A DNA stretch of 64,000 bases from Chlorokybus atmophyticus (taxonomy: Eukaryota; Plantae; Mesostigma and Chlorokybus algae). Under the pieces are notes generated by a model. It was given only the letters and a program-made list of their open reading frames with translations. It did not search any database and was not told where the DNA came from. The translations under genes were made by a program, and so were the position numbers. Shown piece after piece: positions 35,700 to 47,087 of the stretch; the first letter of the stretch is position 1; every line of letters begins with the position of its first letter. The DNA lies in NCBI GenBank assembly GCA_009103225.1, contig RHPI01001946.1:62001-126000 (forward strand), given 5' to 3'.

Positions 35700-37430
35700 C
35701 TCGCAGAGCAATGGTGAGGGAAGAAGTTATGTGCTTGTTAAGTGAAGGACTTTTCCTCTCCAATGAAATGTCAGGCAGCGTTGCCGGATGGCCCTTTTCC
35801 CTAATTATGCGTGCTATAAAGCGCTTGGCTACATGCCGCATGTAGCCAAACGCTATGTAAGGCTGAAAGCTCATGCGGACTGTAGTGAACTGCTTAAATG
35901 CAGAGGCAGAACTCCCCCCCCCCCCCCCCCCCCCGCCNCTTCTGTTGCAGGCCACCAATCAGCATGCAGAGGTTGAGGACGCTATTTGTTTTAATCACAG
36001 CAGTGTGGACCACATAAGTTTACAATGTATGCCACATCGCATGATGCCTTTCTGTCGATGATGGCTGCGCATATGCATGCTGTCGAGCTTCAGAATCGTT
36101 TGTTTAGCCTCACACTTGTTGGCATTCTCTTGAACACAGCCAGGTTTTCCCGCCATTGAATTAAGAGCACATTGGCTCTCTAAAGATAACTCCACCACTT
36201 CTTGAAGTTGTAATGGGAGTCTCCCACTAATTGTCCTAGCTATTCTCAGTGTCGCAGTCAAGGTGTACCACCACTTCAACACCTGCTGCATTATCTCCTG
36301 AATGGGCCGCACTTTGGTCATCAGATTAGCCAAATGTCATGTCTGTGATATGTTGCGGCATGCGTTGCGGCCTTACCACAAAGGATTTGCGTAGGCTTAG
36401 GAGAGACTGCATCGTCTTCCCGTGGCGCACACAACAGGACTCATTGGTGTTTGCGGTTCGCGATAGAGTCGGGTGGGAGCTGGCATGCTTGTTAACGGCA
36501 GAGGGCGGGCTCGGTATCTTGAACCCTCAACTGCCTCACACATGCGTTTCTTGCCAAGTGGGCGGCTAAGCTCTTTAATCCGACTTGGCTGCCGCAAAAA
36601 ACACTTTCGTTGCGGAAAACTGTTTCCGTCAGTTGGAGGCTTCACTGATGGATCCACTCGACCTGCTACCAACAAAAGGGTCATGCGACATGACTATATA
36701 TATATATATATATATATTTGTACATTTTTTCACATATGCCCCCCGCAGCTAAACTCCTCTCCGCGTTTTGAAAAGAGCACAATAAGGTGGCCTGGCATTG
36801 GCCGTATATTCTCTGAGCATGGCACGACAAGTGGCCCCACTCGTGCTCACCTCCATACCATGTTATGCTCATGTGCTGAGACATCACTTATTTTTCAAAC
36901 CTTTGATTACGTTTGTTAGCTCCACTAACGATACAGTTCTTACCTTAGGCTCCTACATGCGTCAGCTCAAACCCTGATCTGCAGCGGGCTTTGAATCTTA
37001 TAAAAATTAGGAGTTGATTATAGCCTTCTTCGGCCTTACACTGCAGAGGAACTTAGCCATTAGGTTCCAACGGCCATCCAGCCGCGCCTTTTCAAGCTGT
37101 GGGCGATCATCCCCCTCCACCTGGCGTGCTTTATTGGATAAGGGGCCGCACCTTCTCGAGTTTAAGGAGTGGTGGGCGAGGGTGGAGGCCAATGCGAGTA
37201 TGCAGGCAGTGCTTATGGTTGAAAAAGCTCTCTACTCCCTTTTTATGCCATCGCACTCTTTGTCGCTTAAAATCGGGATGGTCATGTGTCTATTGAAAGA
37301 AAAACGTAGCTTGCTTCACCTCTCCTCCATTCACTGTGCTCGGGTCATGCGCGTACATATGCGTGTGGGTATTGTATGCAATTGCACGGATGCATGCCTC
37401 GTGCCATTTTCATCTATCCATTCATGACAT
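35700..37430 (+). mobile_element. Degenerate L1-like non-LTR retrotransposon (late RT and post-RT region)
   Basis: Ordered relic motifs: GSVAGWPFS (for G-x-RQG-x-PLS), GSLPL (YLG-x-PL), MGRTLVIRL (LS-xx-GR-xx-LI), VGWELACLLTAEGGLGIL (W-xx-LC-x-P-xx-EGGLGI) and STWRALL (S-xx-WRSIL). Many stops and frameshifts. Confidence 0.55.
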
Positions 37431-37599
37431 CAGCACATATGGCAGTGGCATAATGCGGCATGATGCCACGTGAGCAGCGCATTACGCAATGCAGCATCGG
37501 ATGCCGCATTGCTTACGAACAAAAACGCCATTTAAATAGTGTGTTAACATTATCCTTGTTGTATGCGCATAATGCGCTAGCGCGCGCGAGGGGGGGCGG

Positions 37600-37743
37600 N
37601 NNNNNNNNNNNNNNNNNNNNNNNNNNNNNNNNNNNNNNNNNNNNNNNNNNNNNNNNNNNNNNNNNNNNNNNNNNNNNNNNNNNNNNNNNNNNNNNNNNNN
37701 NNNNNNNNNNNNNNNNNNNNNNNNNNNNNNNNNNNNNNNNNNN
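37600..37743. other. Assembly gap (144 N)
   Basis: Run of N, flanked by G-rich sequence. Confidence 0.99.
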
Positions 37744-38673
37744 CGGGGCTATATAGCGCTTGATAATATAGTATATGGCGTTTGATAATTAGCCGCGTTA
37801 TATATATATATATATATATATGAATGTCAAATCACACTTCATGCTACATTTGCGGCATTGAGTGTGATTTAAAAACCTCGTACGATTATTTATGATATAT
37901 ATTACATCAAAGTGCTATGACCATGACAGGCAATTCTTGCTATTTTGGATTTGGGTGAAGCTATCATAAGTAAATATCAAGCTTGTGCCATCAGTAAGTT
38001 CACCATTATTTTTACCATGATGAATGATACCATGCAGAATATTGATGTGACCATACAATGCTATCATATAGTGGCATTAATACACAATCATATGCTATGA
38101 GTTTGTGTTAAGCTTACACATAAAAAAGCCCACCAGGAGCAGGCGCAACATCTGCACAAGCGGATATGTCCTTTTAACATTAGGCTTGCCGGTAACCAAA
38201 CTGCATTCAAAACTATCTTGATGCAACTTGAGTAACATGCTGTAATAGATTTAGACCTCCAAAAATCAAACCCTCTTGAGAAGGCATCCCTTATAACGTA
38301 TACATTCACAAAATATTACTCGTTGGGCTGAGCGGCCCACGAGCATGGCGTAAGACTTTTGAGCATAGTCGAACAACACGGTATGCGAGTGTTTTTTTTG
38401 CTGTTCAATAAACGAGTATTTTTTGGTAACCCATTAAACCTAATCAGAGCATATGATTGAATACGACGCATGTATAGTTATAATATGCATATATTATTTT
38501 CTCTTTATTATTGAATTTATGCACATATTTGAATTGAATCAAAGCAATTCGATGTGCACAACGATAACAATCACTACACTTACCAGTCACAAGTGTATAC
38601 TTGCCACGTTATGACCCTTTCAGTGCGTTATGAGCTTATAGTTTTCATTCGGCTGTTGACCATGTTTGATGAC

Positions 38674-39688
38674 TGTAACGATACCACTCACTTACTTGCT
38701 GGGCGGCTTGGCAAACTTATGCACAAGCACAAGGACTTACTACTGGAAGCCCTACCAATCACTGGGGCAGTACCTTGCAGAGGAAGTCACAGCACCGCAC
38801 CAAGGAAGGAGAGGATGACACCAACCTCTCTACTCAGCTCCCACACACTCACACACTCAAGCACACCTCACACCCATGTGCAAAGCTGCCACGGACATCA
38901 CACCCCACATGGGATGAGAGGGAGAGCCCCTTGAACAACTAAACTAGGCACCCCACACACAAGAGTCGAGTATGCACATGCTGAGCTGCCTCAACACATG
39001 TTGAGGCCGTTCATATACCCTCTCTTTGCTGCTCTCCGACCTAGAACATCCAAGTCCAAGGCTACATGCCTTGTTATGGCTGCGTTGACCACAACTCATG
39101 TCTAGCGCTGCCACATCAGCAATTGGACCTCTTTCAACGCCCAAGACTGATCACACATCAGCCTCGGACATTGTAAACGTCCCTAGGCTGGTCACATCAG
39201 CCTAGGACATCACACACATCATCCTTGGACGTTGTGAACGTCCTTGGCTGGTCACATCAGCCTAGGACATCATACTCATGCATACATATGCATCCTTATG
39301 CAGACATATGCGCGCATATGCACACATATGCGCATGCATGCATATACATGCATACATCTAGTACATACCTCTCATGCACGCATATGCACTCATATGCGTA
39401 CATGTGCACACATATGCAAACACATGCATACACATGCGGACATACGCACACATATGTCTCTGTACATCACATGATGTCTCATCGGCTATGATCAGCCCTG
39501 TGCTTGCCAGCATGCCTTGTGTAGTTCATCATGCTCAAGGCCGCACATGCTCTAGAGCAGACCTACATGAGAGCACACCCACAAGCACTACACACGCTTG
39601 CGTAGTGTGGGTCCCCACTTGGTCTCATCTTACTTACCATATAAATAAGGGACAGAGAATGACTTTTGCCTGCCCTGTGGGCGTGACA
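38674..39688 (-). mobile_element. Solo LTR (about 1015 bp) of the second LTR family
   Basis: Ends TGTAAC...GTGACA with a 5-bp TSD ATGAC at 38669-38673 and 39689-39693. Internal tandem TCACATCAGCCT.GGACAT repeats at about 39150-39270. Confidence 0.9.
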
Positions 39689-41241
39689 ATGACACAGTAA
39701 CTATAGCGTGTAATCAATTAGCGTTACATGGTAGAGTGGATCAGTTAAAACGAGGGTGAGTAGCGACATGTCTTTGGGGTATGGGGCCTGCCCCGACCTC
39801 GTACTGCCAAAAACGCGGCCGATTTAACCACTAACCGTGCTGCAATTGATCCAAATCGCTAGCGGGGGGGTGGGTCTCCGTTGGCAAGCAATTGCCGCCG
39901 AGATAGTTTTTAGCATCTTTTATGCATCTCTGCAATGAGTGGCCAATTCGCTGCCTTTTTCAGCAACAGCTGTTGTCAATGTTGCGATCCTATTTAATCA
40001 GATTCATACGTGACCAAATGGTGGCCTAACGATGCGATTTCTCGTTGAATTGAATCTTTATGTTAAGGTTGGCAGTACGCACTGAATTAGCACGTACCGT
40101 GGCGTAAACGTTATGTTTATATCAAGTTTTGTAACGCTTACCTGCAGGTGCTGGCCATATTGCACCATACTGCACCATATTGCACCATATGTGCTTCATT
40201 GTGCAACACATCAGAGATATTGTTTGATATCATTACTGTAACACTTAATAAATAAATATGATCAACATGCGTAAGCGGCCACGTATGCAGAACTGTGCTT
40301 AATTTTACTTTTGTTGGTATGCGTTTAAACAATTGGATGTGCTTTGGACGGCTAGGATCGTTTTTAGGCAGGTAACGCTTGTACTCGCCGCCTAGCCAAT
40401 GAGAAGCAGGCGGGCGCACATACTGCCGCGCAGCCCGGCAGTCGCGGGTGCCGTGTGATGGCCCTTGTGCGCGGGATGTGTGATGCAGGTTGAATGCCGG
40501 CCGGCCGGCCGACAGGCCGGCCGGCCCGACCAAACAGCCGCACCACTCTTTTCATTAGAAGCAATAATTATTGATGTGACGCGTCGCGCGCGTCACCCGC
40601 GCCAGCCTGCGTTAACAAGCTGGCAGAGCTGGTCACTGACGCCGCGCTGCTAGCCTAGCAGCTAGACTGAGCCTAGCGCGTCAACGGCAGTAACACTGCC
40701 AAACGCGGTCAGCAATATATTAATGAGAAAGCAGTAACCAATACTAAATAGCCTTATTTCTTGTCGTATTTGAGGCGTATGACAAATCCTGCTTGAAATA
40801 CTTGTCTTTCTTCGCATAAGTGCCCCAAAGAATTCGTATTGTGCAATTATGCTTATAAACATGCAGCCTGCGACTACGCAATGTGCCATGATGTTATCAC
40901 TTAAACAGCATTCTAAACTTGATAATCTGTGCACAAGTAATTAGCAGATGTTTGCCAGCATGTATTGATGCTATTGCAAGGTTGGTAGCCGTGATATGCT
41001 TAGTGTAGCATGAATTATTGCATGATTACTCATTGGGTCATGCTGCAATTTTTATCTAACTTAAAAAATAGAGGGTGCTACATCATGGATTAATAAGTTT
41101 TATCGTAAGTTTTCTCGTGAAGGTCTTTTCCGCTTTCAACATATGATACGACTATAGATCAGTTTAACAGTTTGCAACTTGGTGGTTAAATATGTTCGGT
41201 TTTCAGTAGTTTATTTAGTACAGATACTATATATACATATA

Positions 41242-41746
41242 TGTAACAATTGGGGCCCGACTATTAGGCTATGGTAGTAAAAGACACTACCATAAGTGAG
41301 GTTTGTCACAATTTATCCCAATTTGTGACATTCTTCCCCAATTCAACCCATGAGTTCCTTATAATCCAATAAGGCACTAGCCCACGTCGCCGTGTTTGCG
41401 ACCGTATCACGATCGGTCTGCCCGCGGCCTGTTTGATCCGGCCCACGAACGGTCCTGACTGACCGAACGGCCATCCTCACCACGCGACCTGCCATTGCAC
41501 CGCGACCGCTCACGCGGCCTAAAGTTAAACTGGCTCGGCGCGCAGGTTGTGATCCCGCGCCCAGCCTAGGGCAAGCCGCCCCAAATGTTTTGTTTTCGCC
41601 TTGGATTTGCCTTAGTCTCTTACGGGAATTGAACCTGAGACGTCAAGCTCCGTTACCATTGTAACAATTAGGGCCCGACAACTAGGGTATGGTAGTAAAA
41701 GTCACTACCATGAGTGAGGTGTGTCACAATTTATCCCAATATGTGA

Positions 41747-41748
<2 letters not shown>
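41242..41748 (-). mobile_element. TRIM (miniature non-coding LTR retrotransposon), about 507 bp
   Basis: 89-bp direct repeats at 41242-41330 and 41660-41748. On the minus strand a PBS-like TGGTAACGGAGC follows the 5' LTR and a PPT TGGGGAAGAA precedes the 3' LTR. Sits in TA-rich microsatellite. Confidence 0.85.
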
Positions 41749-41777
<29 letters not shown>

Positions 41778-43553
41778 ATACAATACAATAGCCATATATG
41801 TAATATAATACAATAATACAATAGCCATCCTAATGTTAAGGTATTAGGCTTCGCAAGGACAGAGCTCAAGAGTGCAGCGTTGCAAGGTAATAGGGCCGTT
41901 GCGGCATTCGTTTTCGTAATAACAATTTGTTGATGGCTAAGTTATTAAATGAATCATTGAGCTCTGCAGGGGATAAACGACCTTGCAGGGCACTTTAAAA
42001 CGTGCTGCGAATTCTTCCACAATCGCAATCAAAGGTATTGCAGCATTCCGGCAGTTTTACACCCTCTAGCTAGATTAGGTAATGTTTGTGTGAGTATCAT
42101 TCACACATAATTATCGTTTATAATGCGCCGACAAGTAAATGCCGCATGTCTTCGCAATTAATAGCGCAATCGTTCACCCAAAAATAGCGCTGATTATTTT
42201 TGTTGTTGCGTTATTATATATGTCCATGTCAATATAAGAAGAAAGCATTCATTATGTGGTTAACCTCTATAATACGAAAAATGTTTTACATGATAACACA
42301 AGAATCTGAAAACGAGCGCCCGTAACGATTCGAACTTTGGAATAATGTTCAATACACGAATGTTGTACGGCTACGTGATAAAAACTTTTTTCATACATTA
42401 GCGTTGGGCCTAATTACGTCGGATGGCCTCTCTCTCTCGCTCGCTCGCTCGCTCGCTCGCTCCTCTTAAACTTTTGCACACGTTGCAAAAGCGTAGGCCT
42501 ACATGAAGCCATGACGCGACCGGTATTTTCAAGCGTGTGCATGAAGTTTTACAACTTGTGTTGAGCGCAGTGCGATCTGACTCTTTGATTTTGGCCTCAT
42601 GATTGCTCAGATGACACCCGTGATAGTGGCGCCAAACGCTGTGACAAGACGTCGCCTACCCGGCTTGTCGCTACAGTCCACTGATATCAGCATCAACCGA
42701 CACCTGCGGGGCATCACTACCCGGGTGATTGCTAAGCACGGAGATCTGATCACTGTCATAAATCGCCACGCGGCAATTTCCGACCCCGTCAGGTAATGAT
42801 ATCCGTCTCTGCGACGCGTTAGTCGCGTTGTCGAGCTGAGGTGAACTGATATCAATTTCTATCCAACTCTGCATGTAAGATGATGGTGCATGCTGGCTCC
42901 GAGCTGGTGAGGCGGCGGCAGTGGTGGTGGCGAGCTTGCTGTTGTCGTTGTTGTTGTGGTAGCTGCGTGGGGCGCACCTCTTGCTTGCAGCAGCAGTTGT
43001 AGTTGGGGACGTGGTGCAGGGAAAGTCAGCCTCGGGCTGCTAGCGTGGAGTGGAGTCCAGGCTTGGCTTGTTGGTTAGTGATAAGGGCCGTTGATAGGCG
43101 GCGGAGGCAGCTGGTTTGAGCGTTGCCGTCGCATGGGCCGCGGTGCGGCATGGCTTCAAGCCTTGGCGCATGACAAGCACATGAAAAGTGAGTGGTCTTG
43201 GGGGTTGACAGTTGGCTGGCGAGAACAGTGATGGGTTGATAGCTGCTGCTGATGGCTTGCAGTCACATTGAGCTGCGTTCACAGCGCGTTTGTGCGTGGC
43301 ATTGTTTCGGCGCGGCCCTCTTACTCAGACTGTGGCCAGCTTGCAAGCACTCATGCACTAGAACAAATTTGAGCGCGTGTCGACCACACGCGCAAGTTGC
43401 ATGGATGCTTGACAACACGATGGAGTTGAGGTGTAGGTTGTTGACGTGGATATCTTGGCAACCGGCTGTCAGGGTCATATTCTGCGCTAGTGCTGAAACA
43501 GTACGCAGTGAATCATACAGCAGGCAGGATGTAAGCAAACTTGCGCTCACGCA

Positions 43554-45879
43554 ATGATGGTGTTGGTCGCAGGCCTTCGCAGGAGCTTGAGGTCAATTAG
43601 GGGGTCGGTTAAAACAGCAGCAGCAGCACCCAGGCGTTACTTGCCGTCCTGTTTCGGGCGGTGTTCGCCAACTCCTCACGCCGGTGGTTCAAGGTGAGCA
43701 GCCTACAGGACTGTCTTGTAAGGTGTATGCGTGCATTCACCTATGCCAGGGCAAGTATACGTTTATTTACATGGTCGGCTTTCTTGCATGTCTGACTACT
43801 TGACAACAACAACAGCCATGTGCAGAGGCGTCTCAAACTCATTTGTTCTAGCATTACACAGCAACAGTGCTGCATCCCAGCTCATAACATTTGTTCATCG
43901 CGTTCACAATACGTTCAGTCCATATGTGGTGTTGAGTGTGCAAGTGTTCGCAGGTCTTGGTCCAACGGACTGTCTGGGTCTGAGGAGTCAAACGGTTTGG
44001 ATAGCGAGCGGTCGGTGCCTGCGCCAGCTCCTCGTTCATTGACCAAGGAGGAGAAGAAGCAGTTGGGCAAGAGGCGCCTTGTGCCTGTACGTGACATATG
44101 CAAACTGCTCGACAGTCAACTTTAGCACGCTCTGCAGAACTAACGAAATGCAGTTGGCTTTTGCGATGTATTAGCAATGACAACCACACTGATCTGCCAC
44201 GTATTTTGTTTTGCGGGGTTACCGCTAAAGCTGATGTTGTTTGCTGACAGGCAGGGGACATGACACCAAACGCCGCTGAGATTCCAGTGACATCAGATGC
44301 AAATCGGTATCAGTTCATTCAGGAAATTGGCAAGGGCAACTTTGGTGTGACTTGTCTCATGCTAGACAAGCTGACTGGCGAGAATGTGGCCGTCAAGGTG
44401 TGCCAATGCGGTACCTGCTGAGTAGCCTGCATGTCCTTCTGTGTGTACACTGAGGCTTATATCGGCTTGTTTGCAGTTCATTGAGCGAGGCCCTAGGATT
44501 GATGAGAATGTCTGTCGAGAGGTGTTGAACCATCGCAAGCTGAGGCATCCAAACATTGTTCAGTTCAAGCGTGTCTTGCTCACGCCTACCCACCTTGGCA
44601 TTGTCATGGAGTACTGCGCGGGCGGGGAGCTCTTCCATGTAAGTGTGCTGTGCTTGAGAGTCATCACACAGTGCATGTATGAACAGCGCCAGCTGCATGA
44701 TGAACACAACCTGAGTGCAATGCTGTTGCAGCACATTTGCAAGGCGGGGCGTTTCTCAGAAGATGAGGCAAGGTTCTTTTTCCAGCAACTGATAAGCGGT
44801 GTGGAGTACTGTCACACCCAGAAAGTTGTTCATCGCGACCTGAAGGTGAAATTGTTTGTGCTGGTGGTTGCAGGAAATGCAACCTGCTGTTGTCGGCATG
44901 TAGCGTAGTCTGAACTTGCTGTTTGCAGTTGGAGAATGCGCTGCTGGATGGCAACCCGCCACGCTTGAAGATCTGCGATTTTGGTTACTCGAAGTCAGAG
45001 AAGGAGAACTCGCAGCCGCATTCCATGGTTGGCACGCCAGCATACATTGCGCCAGAGGTAAGTATACCCACAGCATGTTTTTCATAAAGGTGTGTCTATT
45101 CTTGTCTGCTGCACACGGTGCTCATTGTGTATGCTTCTCTCAGGTGTTGACAGGGCTCAAGTATGACGGCAAAGTGGCGGACATCTGGTCAAGCGGCGTG
45201 TTGCTGTACGTGATGTTGGTGGGCGCGTATCCGTTTGAGGACTCAGCGCATCCACGGGATCTGCACCGCACCATCAAGCGCATCATGAGCGTGCAGTACT
45301 CCGTCCCTGCGGACGTGCGGCTCAGCCCGGCATGCTACGACATCCTCTCACGCATCTTTGTGGCGGACTCTCTCCATCGCATCACTGTTGCGGAGATCAA
45401 GAAGCACCCCTGGTTTCTCAGGAACCTGCCAGTCGACCTGTTGACAACGCCGCCGACCAGCCTCGAACACTTACAGGTAAAGCCACACACACAACTGTAT
45501 TTAGAAGGAGTAGGTCACTGGATGTTGCTCAACATGGTCTTGCAGTGATAGCGTTGTTATGGTGGCAAACAGGCAATGCTTGCTTGACAGCTTTACTTAT
45601 ACGTGTCGTCAGGTATTATAAGTCAAGTCGTCATACCTTAGTGTCGCTTGGTACTCCCATTACAAGTCATTCCAGCTGTATCTTGCATGCTATCTCTGAG
45701 CTGTGAAGTACGCCGTGCTCATTGACAATGTGTTTATCTTGCAGAGTGAGGAGGAGGTGCGGCGTATCATTACGGAGGCAAAGCAGGGTACGAAGCCTTC
45801 TGTTTTCGAGCAAATTGATGAGGAGGATGAATCTGACAATGATGATGGAGTGGATGTAAATGGCAACCCCTTCACATGA
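43554..45879 (+). CDS. SNRK2: SnRK2-family Ser/Thr kinase with a predicted 94-aa N-terminal extension
   Basis: [12 protein letters not shown]|[28 protein letters not shown]|[37 protein letters not shown], SnRK2 box [13 protein letters not shown] and acidic tail ending in TGA at 45877-45879. Upstream exons 43554-43693 and 43954-44086 splice in frame to 44251. Confidence 0.93.
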
Positions 45880-46934
45880 GCTGTTCGTCAGCCGTGAATA
45901 ACTTTATAACAGTCTGCTGGATTGGTTCAAAAAGAAGTTGGAGACGAGTTAGCCGGTTGGATGACTAACAGCCTGCCGGATGGCTCGATAACCCACCCCT
46001 TAGGCAGCTATGGTGCCTGGGTGGTGTTCACAAACACCAGATAAATTATAAGCACCGGGCTTGATAGCTGCTGAAGATGCTGCGTTAGGTAATGTACAGT
46101 AGTAGACTCTGTACCGTACATAAATAATGAACAAGTTGGTTTGGTTCTGACTTGCATGGCACTGACTTGCATGGCACATGTTTTTCTTGCTTTGTCATCA
46201 TGAAGCGTTGCTAGTCTCTGGGACAGCAACAATAGGGGTTCTCTTTCTCTCACACTTCACGTCCTGCAAGTTGCCTGGGTACTGCAAGTGTTGTGAGATT
46301 AGTCACACTTTAATGCACTGTTGATGATTGCCACTTGCAGCCAGTACACTTCTCGCACATGAGTCTGTGCGCAGTAACCGGCAATCTGCATATCATAGTG
46401 ACCTAAGTACAATTACTCCTGGATTTGGGCGTCCGCCAGGTTATTGTAAAACAGTGCGTCAAAGCTTGCAACTGATTGGCTGCGTACGGGCTGCGTGTGT
46501 GTTGCATGCGTGTACAAGTGTAGTGTAGCTTTGGTAACTGCGTGTGCAGAGAGTTAGCGGAGGTGTGTTTGCTAATTGTAATAACCACATCACCACCAAT
46601 ACAGACACAAGAAGTGAACGCTCACCTCAACAAGCTCATTCCTCAAAGAATTTCATGGCAACTCCCAAAACCGCTCAACCGCACAGCATGAAACTTTTGT
46701 ACCACTGTCACCTAGCATAGGGGTGCGGTCACAAGATAAATGCCCGCATCTACAACTACATGCTATCGAGCACAGCAGGCGAATGTTGTATCAGCTTGCT
46801 AGCTTAATCTGTACAGACCACTTCAGCTTTCTTACTCTGCTCTGCAGGCGGTAACCACACATTCCACGCAACGCATGCAGTATGATGCTAACACACATAC
46901 TTAGAATAGCAAATAACCTCTATATGCTTGCGCT

Positions 46935-47087
46935 GTCTTTCGTCCCGACGGCACACGCACGTCGCGTCGCGTCAACTACTTGCACGGGAACGCTTGGTAG
47001 TTGGGTGGTGTCGTTCGTCCCGACGGCACACGCACGTCGCGTCGCGTCAACTACTTGCGCGGGAACGCTTGGTAGTTGGGTGCTGTG
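46935..47087. repeat. 75-bp tandem duplication spanning the TAF9 stop codon
   Basis: CGTCCCGACGGCACACGCACGTCGCGTCGCGTCAACTACTTGC.CGGGAACGCTTGGTAGTTGGGTG at 46941 and 47016. Confidence 0.95.

Noticed and set aside
35314-35958. 214-aa minus-strand ORF with an (LS)n run
   Set aside because: Produced by the (GA)n and poly-C tracts and antisense to the LINE relic.
39715-39740. GTTACA-TGGTAGAG resembling an LTR end plus PBS
   Set aside because: No matching second LTR, PPT or coding relic was found.
42671-43282. About 200-codon minus-strand frame with a single TAG
   Set aside because: Ser/Thr/Ala/Pro low complexity from GC-rich triplet repeats upstream of SnRK2; no domain or splice support.
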